This document shows, one piece after another, positions 27,340 through 31,056 of a stretch of DNA of 31,056 bases (positions are counted from its first letter, which is position 1; each line of letters starts with the position of its first letter). Origin of the DNA: Escherichia coli (GTDB lineage: Bacteria > Pseudomonadota > Gammaproteobacteria > Enterobacterales > Enterobacteriaceae); the NCBI RefSeq assembly GCF_003334335.1, contig NZ_QOWQ01000047.1; one strand, given 5' to 3'. The position numbers and the translations under genes were made by a program. Under the pieces are notes generated by a model, which did no database searches, was not told the DNA's origin, and worked only from the letters and a program-made list of their open reading frames with translations.

Positions 27340-28986
27340 ATGTCAAACAAACCCTTTATCTACCAGGCACCTTTCCCGATGGGGAAAGACAATACCGAAT
27401 ACTATCTACTCACTTCCGATTACGTTAGCGTTGCCGACTTCGACGGCGAAACCATCCTGAAAGTGGAACCAGAAGCCCTGACCCTGCTGGCGCAGCAAGC
27501 CTTTCACGACGCTTCTTTTATGCTCCGCCCGGCACACCAGAAACAGGTTGCGGCTATTCTTCACGATCCAGAAGCCAGCGAAAACGACAAGTACGTGGCG
27601 CTGCAATTCTTAAGAAACTCCGAAATCGCCGCCAAAGGCGTGCTGCCGACCTGCCAGGATACCGGCACCGCGATCATCGTCGGTAAAAAAGGCCAGCGCG
27701 TGTGGACCGGCGGCGGTGATGAAGAAACGCTGTCGAAAGGCGTCTATAACACCTATATCGAAGATAACCTGCGCTATTCACAGAATGCGGCGCTGGACAT
27801 GTACAAAGAAGTCAACACCGGCACTAACCTGCCTGCGCAAATCGACCTGTACGCGGTAGATGGCGATGAGTACAAATTCCTTTGCGTTGCGAAAGGCGGC
27901 GGCTCTGCCAACAAAACGTATCTCTACCAGGAAACCAAAGCCCTGCTGACTCCCGGCAAACTGAAAAACTTCCTCGTCGAGAAAATGCGTACCCTCGGTA
28001 CTGCAGCCTGCCCGCCGTACCATATCGCGTTTGTGATTGGCGGTACGTCTGCGGAAACCAACCTGAAAACCGTCAAGTTAGCAAGCGCTCACTATTACGA
28101 TGAACTGCCGACGGAAGGGAACGAACATGGTCAGGCGTTCCGCGATGTCCAGCTGGAACAGGAACTGCTGGAAGAGGCCCAGAAACTCGGTCTTGGCGCG
28201 CAGTTTGGCGGTAAATACTTCGCGCACGACATTCGCGTTATCCGTCTGCCACGTCACGGCGCATCCTGCCCGGTCGGCATGGGCGTCTCCTGCTCCGCTG
28301 ACCGTAACATTAAAGCGAAAATCAACCGCGAAGGTATCTGGATCGAAAAACTGGAACACAACCCAGGCCAGTACATTCCACAAGAACTGCGCCAGGCCGG
28401 TGAAGGCGAAGCGGTGAAAGTTGACCTTAACCGCCCGATGAAAGAGATCCTCGCCCAGCTTTCGCAATACCCGGTATCCACTCGTTTGTCGCTCACCGGC
28501 ACCATTATCGTGGGCCGAGATATTGCACACGCCAAGCTGAAAGAGCTGATTGACGCCGGTAAAGAACTTCCGCAGTACATCAAAGATCACCCGATCTACT
28601 ACGCGGGTCCGGCGAAAACCCCTGCCGGTTATCCATCAGGTTCACTTGGCCCAACCACCGCAGGCCGTATGGACTCCTACGTGGATCTGCTGCAATCCCA
28701 CGGCGGCAGCATGATCATGCTGGCGAAAGGTAACCGCAGTCAGCAGGTTACCGACGCGTGTCATAAACACGGCGGCTTCTACCTCGGTAGCATCGGCGGT
28801 CCGGCGGCGGTACTGGCGCAGCAGAGCATCAAGCATCTGGAGTGCGTCGCTTATCCGGAGCTGGGTATGGAAGCTATCTGGAAAATCGAAGTAGAAGATT
28901 TCCCGGCGTTTATCCTGGTCGATGACAAAGGTAACGACTTCTTCCAGCAAATCGTCAACAAACAGTGCGCGAACTGCACTAAGTAA
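27340..28986 (+). CDS. fumB: FumB, the class I (Fe-S) anaerobic fumarate hydratase
   Basis: 548 aa, matching recalled FumB ([47 protein letters not shown]…). Confidence 0.97.
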   Translation: MSNKPFIYQAPFPMGKDNTEYYLLTSDYVSVADFDGETILKVEPEALTLLAQQAFHDASFMLRPAHQKQVAAILHDPEASENDKYVALQFLRNSEIAAKGVLPTCQDTGTAIIVGKKGQRVWTGGGDEETLSKGVYNTYIEDNLRYSQNAALDMYKEVNTGTNLPAQIDLYAVDGDEYKFLCVAKGGGSANKTYLYQETKALLTPGKLKNFLVEKMRTLGTAACPPYHIAFVIGGTSAETNLKTVKLASAHYYDELPTEGNEHGQAFRDVQLEQELLEEAQKLGLGAQFGGKYFAHDIRVIRLPRHGASCPVGMGVSCSADRNIKAKINREGIWIEKLEHNPGQYIPQELRQAGEGEAVKVDLNRPMKEILAQLSQYPVSTRLSLTGTIIVGRDIAHAKLKELIDAGKELPQYIKDHPIYYAGPAKTPAGYPSGSLGPTTAGRMDSYVDLLQSHGGSMIMLAKGNRSQQVTDACHKHGGFYLGSIGGPAAVLAQQSIKHLECVAYPELGMEAIWKIEVEDFPAFILVDDKGNDFFQQIVNKQCANCTK

Positions 28987-28993
28987 CCTCTTC

Positions 28994-29037
28994 GGCCCAG
29001 CGCCTGGCAGCATGCTGCCAGGTGATCCCCCTGGGCC
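28994..29037. terminator. Nested palindromic structure downstream of fumB
   Basis: The outer arms GGCCCAG (28994-29000) and CTGGGCC (29031-29037) enclose a perfect 20-bp palindrome CCTGGCAGCATGCTGCCAGG (29003-29022). CTCTTTTGCG follows. Confidence 0.5.
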
Positions 29038-29108
29038 ACCTCTTTTGCGATTGTAATTTCACGCTTGCTGGTGAATAGTCAGTATTTTCCCTGATTTGCG
29101 AACTCACC

Positions 29109-29738
29109 ATGACCCGCACACTCAAGCCGTTAATTCTTAACACCAGCGCACTGACGCTAACGTTAATCCTGATTTATACCGGCATTTCGGCCCATGACAA
29201 ACTCACCTGGCTGATGGAAGTGACACCGGTGATTATTGTCGTGCAGCTACTGCTTGCCACCGCCAGACGTTATCCGTTAACGCCGCTGCTCTATACGCTC
29301 ATTTTCCTTCACGCCATCATCCTGATGGTCGGCGGACAATACACCTACGCGAAAGTCCCCGTTGGTTTTGAGGTGCAGGAATGGCTGGGGTTGAGTCGTA
29401 ATCCGTATGACAAGCTGGGGCACTTTTTCCAGGGGCTGGTGCCTGCACTGGTGGCACGAGAAATTCTCGTTCGCGGGATGTACGTGCGCGGACGTAAAAT
29501 GGTGGCGTTCCTGGTCTGCTGCGTGGCGCTGGCGATAAGCGCGATGTATGAATTAATCGAGTGGTGGGCAGCGCTGGCAATGGGTCAGGGAGCGGATGAT
29601 TTTCTCGGCACCCAGGGCGACCAGTGGGACACGCAATCCGATATGTTCTGCGCGCTGCTTGGCGCATTAACGACGGTGATATTCCTCGCTCGCTTTCATT
29701 GCCGCCAGCTACGGCGCTTTGGCTTGATAACCGGATAA
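29109..29738 (+). CDS. yjdF: YjdF, an inner-membrane protein (DUF2238)
   Basis: 209 aa with multiple TM segments. K-12 synteny between fumB and melB supports the call. Confidence 0.92.
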   Translation: MTRTLKPLILNTSALTLTLILIYTGISAHDKLTWLMEVTPVIIVVQLLLATARRYPLTPLLYTLIFLHAIILMVGGQYTYAKVPVGFEVQEWLGLSRNPYDKLGHFFQGLVPALVAREILVRGMYVRGRKMVAFLVCCVALAISAMYELIEWWAALAMGQGADDFLGTQGDQWDTQSDMFCALLGALTTVIFLARFHCRQLRRFGLITG

Positions 29739-29754
29739 CAACTTGCGCTTTGTT

Positions 29755-29791
29755 GATGCCGGATGCGGCGTGAATTCCTTATCCGGTCTAC
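29755..29791. repeat. REP (repetitive extragenic palindromic) element
   Basis: GATGCCGGATGCGGCGTGAATTCCTTATCCGGTCTAC fits the E. coli REP consensus (GCCGGATGCGGCG…CTTATCCGGCCTAC). Confidence 0.8.
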
Positions 29792-29825
29792 AAAATTTGC
29801 AAATCCAAAGCATTACATTAAGACG

Positions 29826-29858
29826 TGGCCTGATAAACATATCGCATCAGGCCATTTT
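29826..29858. terminator. Hairpin between the convergent yjdF and melB genes
   Basis: TGGCCTGAT (29826-29834) pairs with ATCAGGCCA (29846-29854) and is followed by TTTT on the + strand. It lies 19 nt from the melB stop. Confidence 0.6.
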
Positions 29859-29876
29859 CGTTAGCTATTGTCCACG

Positions 29877-30980
29877 TCAGGCTTTCACATCACTCACTGC
29901 ACCGACCGGAATATCAGCATGAACAGGCTCGGGCGGTACTTTGCGATATTTATCCAGCAGATGGATCTGGATCCTGCGCAGCGTGTCACCATTGAGGCGA
30001 TAGAAACGGAAGTAGAGAATCAGCGTTACCATGAAAAACAGAGTTGGTAGAGCAATCATAATAAACTGCATACCTAATAGGGCTTGCGTAGACTGTTCAA
30101 CATTCGGTACATAGCCAATCATCCCTAACACAACCGCAATGAAAAAAGCCGCAAAGGCTGAACCGCCCTTCACCACCATAGTCTGCACGGAGTAAGCGAT
30201 ACTTTCACAGCGTACGTGCAGTTTATATTCACCGTAATCAACGATATCTGCCACCATGATGACCTGTAATACCCAGAAAAGCGCCGTTCCCACATTCAGC
30301 AAAATACCCGCAATCACAATGAGGACGACGTTGTGATAGCTCATTAATGCCATTAACAGGAGAACACCACAGCTTAACACCGGAAGAATAGATGCTCCGG
30401 CCCATAAAATGCGTCGGGATAATGATTTAACTAAGCGTGGGAAGAATACTAACGTCACCAGGTTAGCAGCTCCCGCATACGACAGATAATAGGGGAACAA
30501 ATCCGCATCACCGATAACATATGAGAAATAATAGATAGCAAAGCCGGTAATAATGTTGCTGGCTACATTATAAGCAAGAGCCATACCCAAGAGGCATGAA
30601 AGCTGATCGTTTTTATAAATTAGCGCAACGATGGCTTTAAGTGTCAGATGGCTTCCTTCAGCAGACGGTTGATTGTCTGACGAAAAGACTTCATGCACAT
30701 TGCGCAGAGTGATGATGGTTGAAACAATAAAAAAGGCGATCAGTACCAGAGTGAACATCTGAAAGCCAAATCCCCGATCGCCACCGCCGACATAATTAAC
30801 AAATGGTAGCGTCACACCTGCCGTAACAAAGCCTGCCAGACTGGCAAAAAAACGCGGATAAGGAACCAGTTGTTCGCGCTCACGTTTATCGAGCGTGATG
30901 GTTGGAACCAGCGACCAGAAGGGAATATCCATAATGGTGTAAGTCATGCCCCAGAGGATGTAGGTCACGCAAACAAAGAG
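29877..30980 (-). pseudogene. melB: melB melibiose:cation symporter. Only the C-terminal ~367 codons are present in frame, so the 5' part appears replaced or disrupted at the window edge.
   Basis: The translation from …[37 protein letters not shown]… to …[14 protein letters not shown] matches recalled MelB residues ~106-473. Upstream of about 30980 the frame reads [15 protein letters not shown] instead of the recalled …SAHLFEGTTQIV, and it hits an in-frame stop at 31023-31025. The last 75 nt are AT-rich and unlike melB. Confidence 0.6.
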
Positions 30981-31056
30981 AGCCTGTACATAGATTTGTG
31001 TAATTGCCTGATTTTGATATGTTCAATCCAGCATCAAATGAAGGTTAATTTATGGA

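Overview
This window is Escherichia coli-type chromosome and splits into two parts. All family and gene names come from my memory of E. coli K-12 proteins, because no search could be run.

(1) Positions 1-12115 are the distal arm of a genomic island integrated at tRNA-Phe (pheU). It ends in a 22-nt copy of the tRNA-Phe 3' end at 12094-12115, followed by the native pheU terminator. The arm carries the conserved CP4-prophage-type backbone on the + strand: a YeeP/YkfA-type GTPase, DUF905, DUF932, a KlcA/ArdB-like antirestriction protein, a RadC-like JAB protein, DUF987, the CbeA/CbtA type IV toxin-antitoxin pair, a YeeW-like protein and DUF4942. Upstream of that backbone lie an IS630-type transposase remnant, a YagK/YfjJ (inovirus Gp2-like) gene, a small protein with a Myb/SANT-like segment, and a strikingly AT-rich segment at about 3222-5708. 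That segment holds about 1.16 kb without convincing ORFs, a dense array of short repeats, and an orphan 407-aa gene.

(2) Positions 12116-31056 are core genome, colinear with K-12 in reverse orientation: cadC, cadB, cadA, dtpC, lysU, ghoT-ghoS (type V TA; ghoT is absent from the ORF track), yjdJ, yjdI, dcuS, dcuR, dcuB, fumB, yjdF, a REP element and melB. melB appears to have lost its 5' part at the window edge.

The best candidate for something undescribed is the AT-rich cargo segment, meaning the orphan gene with an N-terminal Cys/His cluster together with the iteron-like repeat array. I cannot assign it a function from sequence alone.
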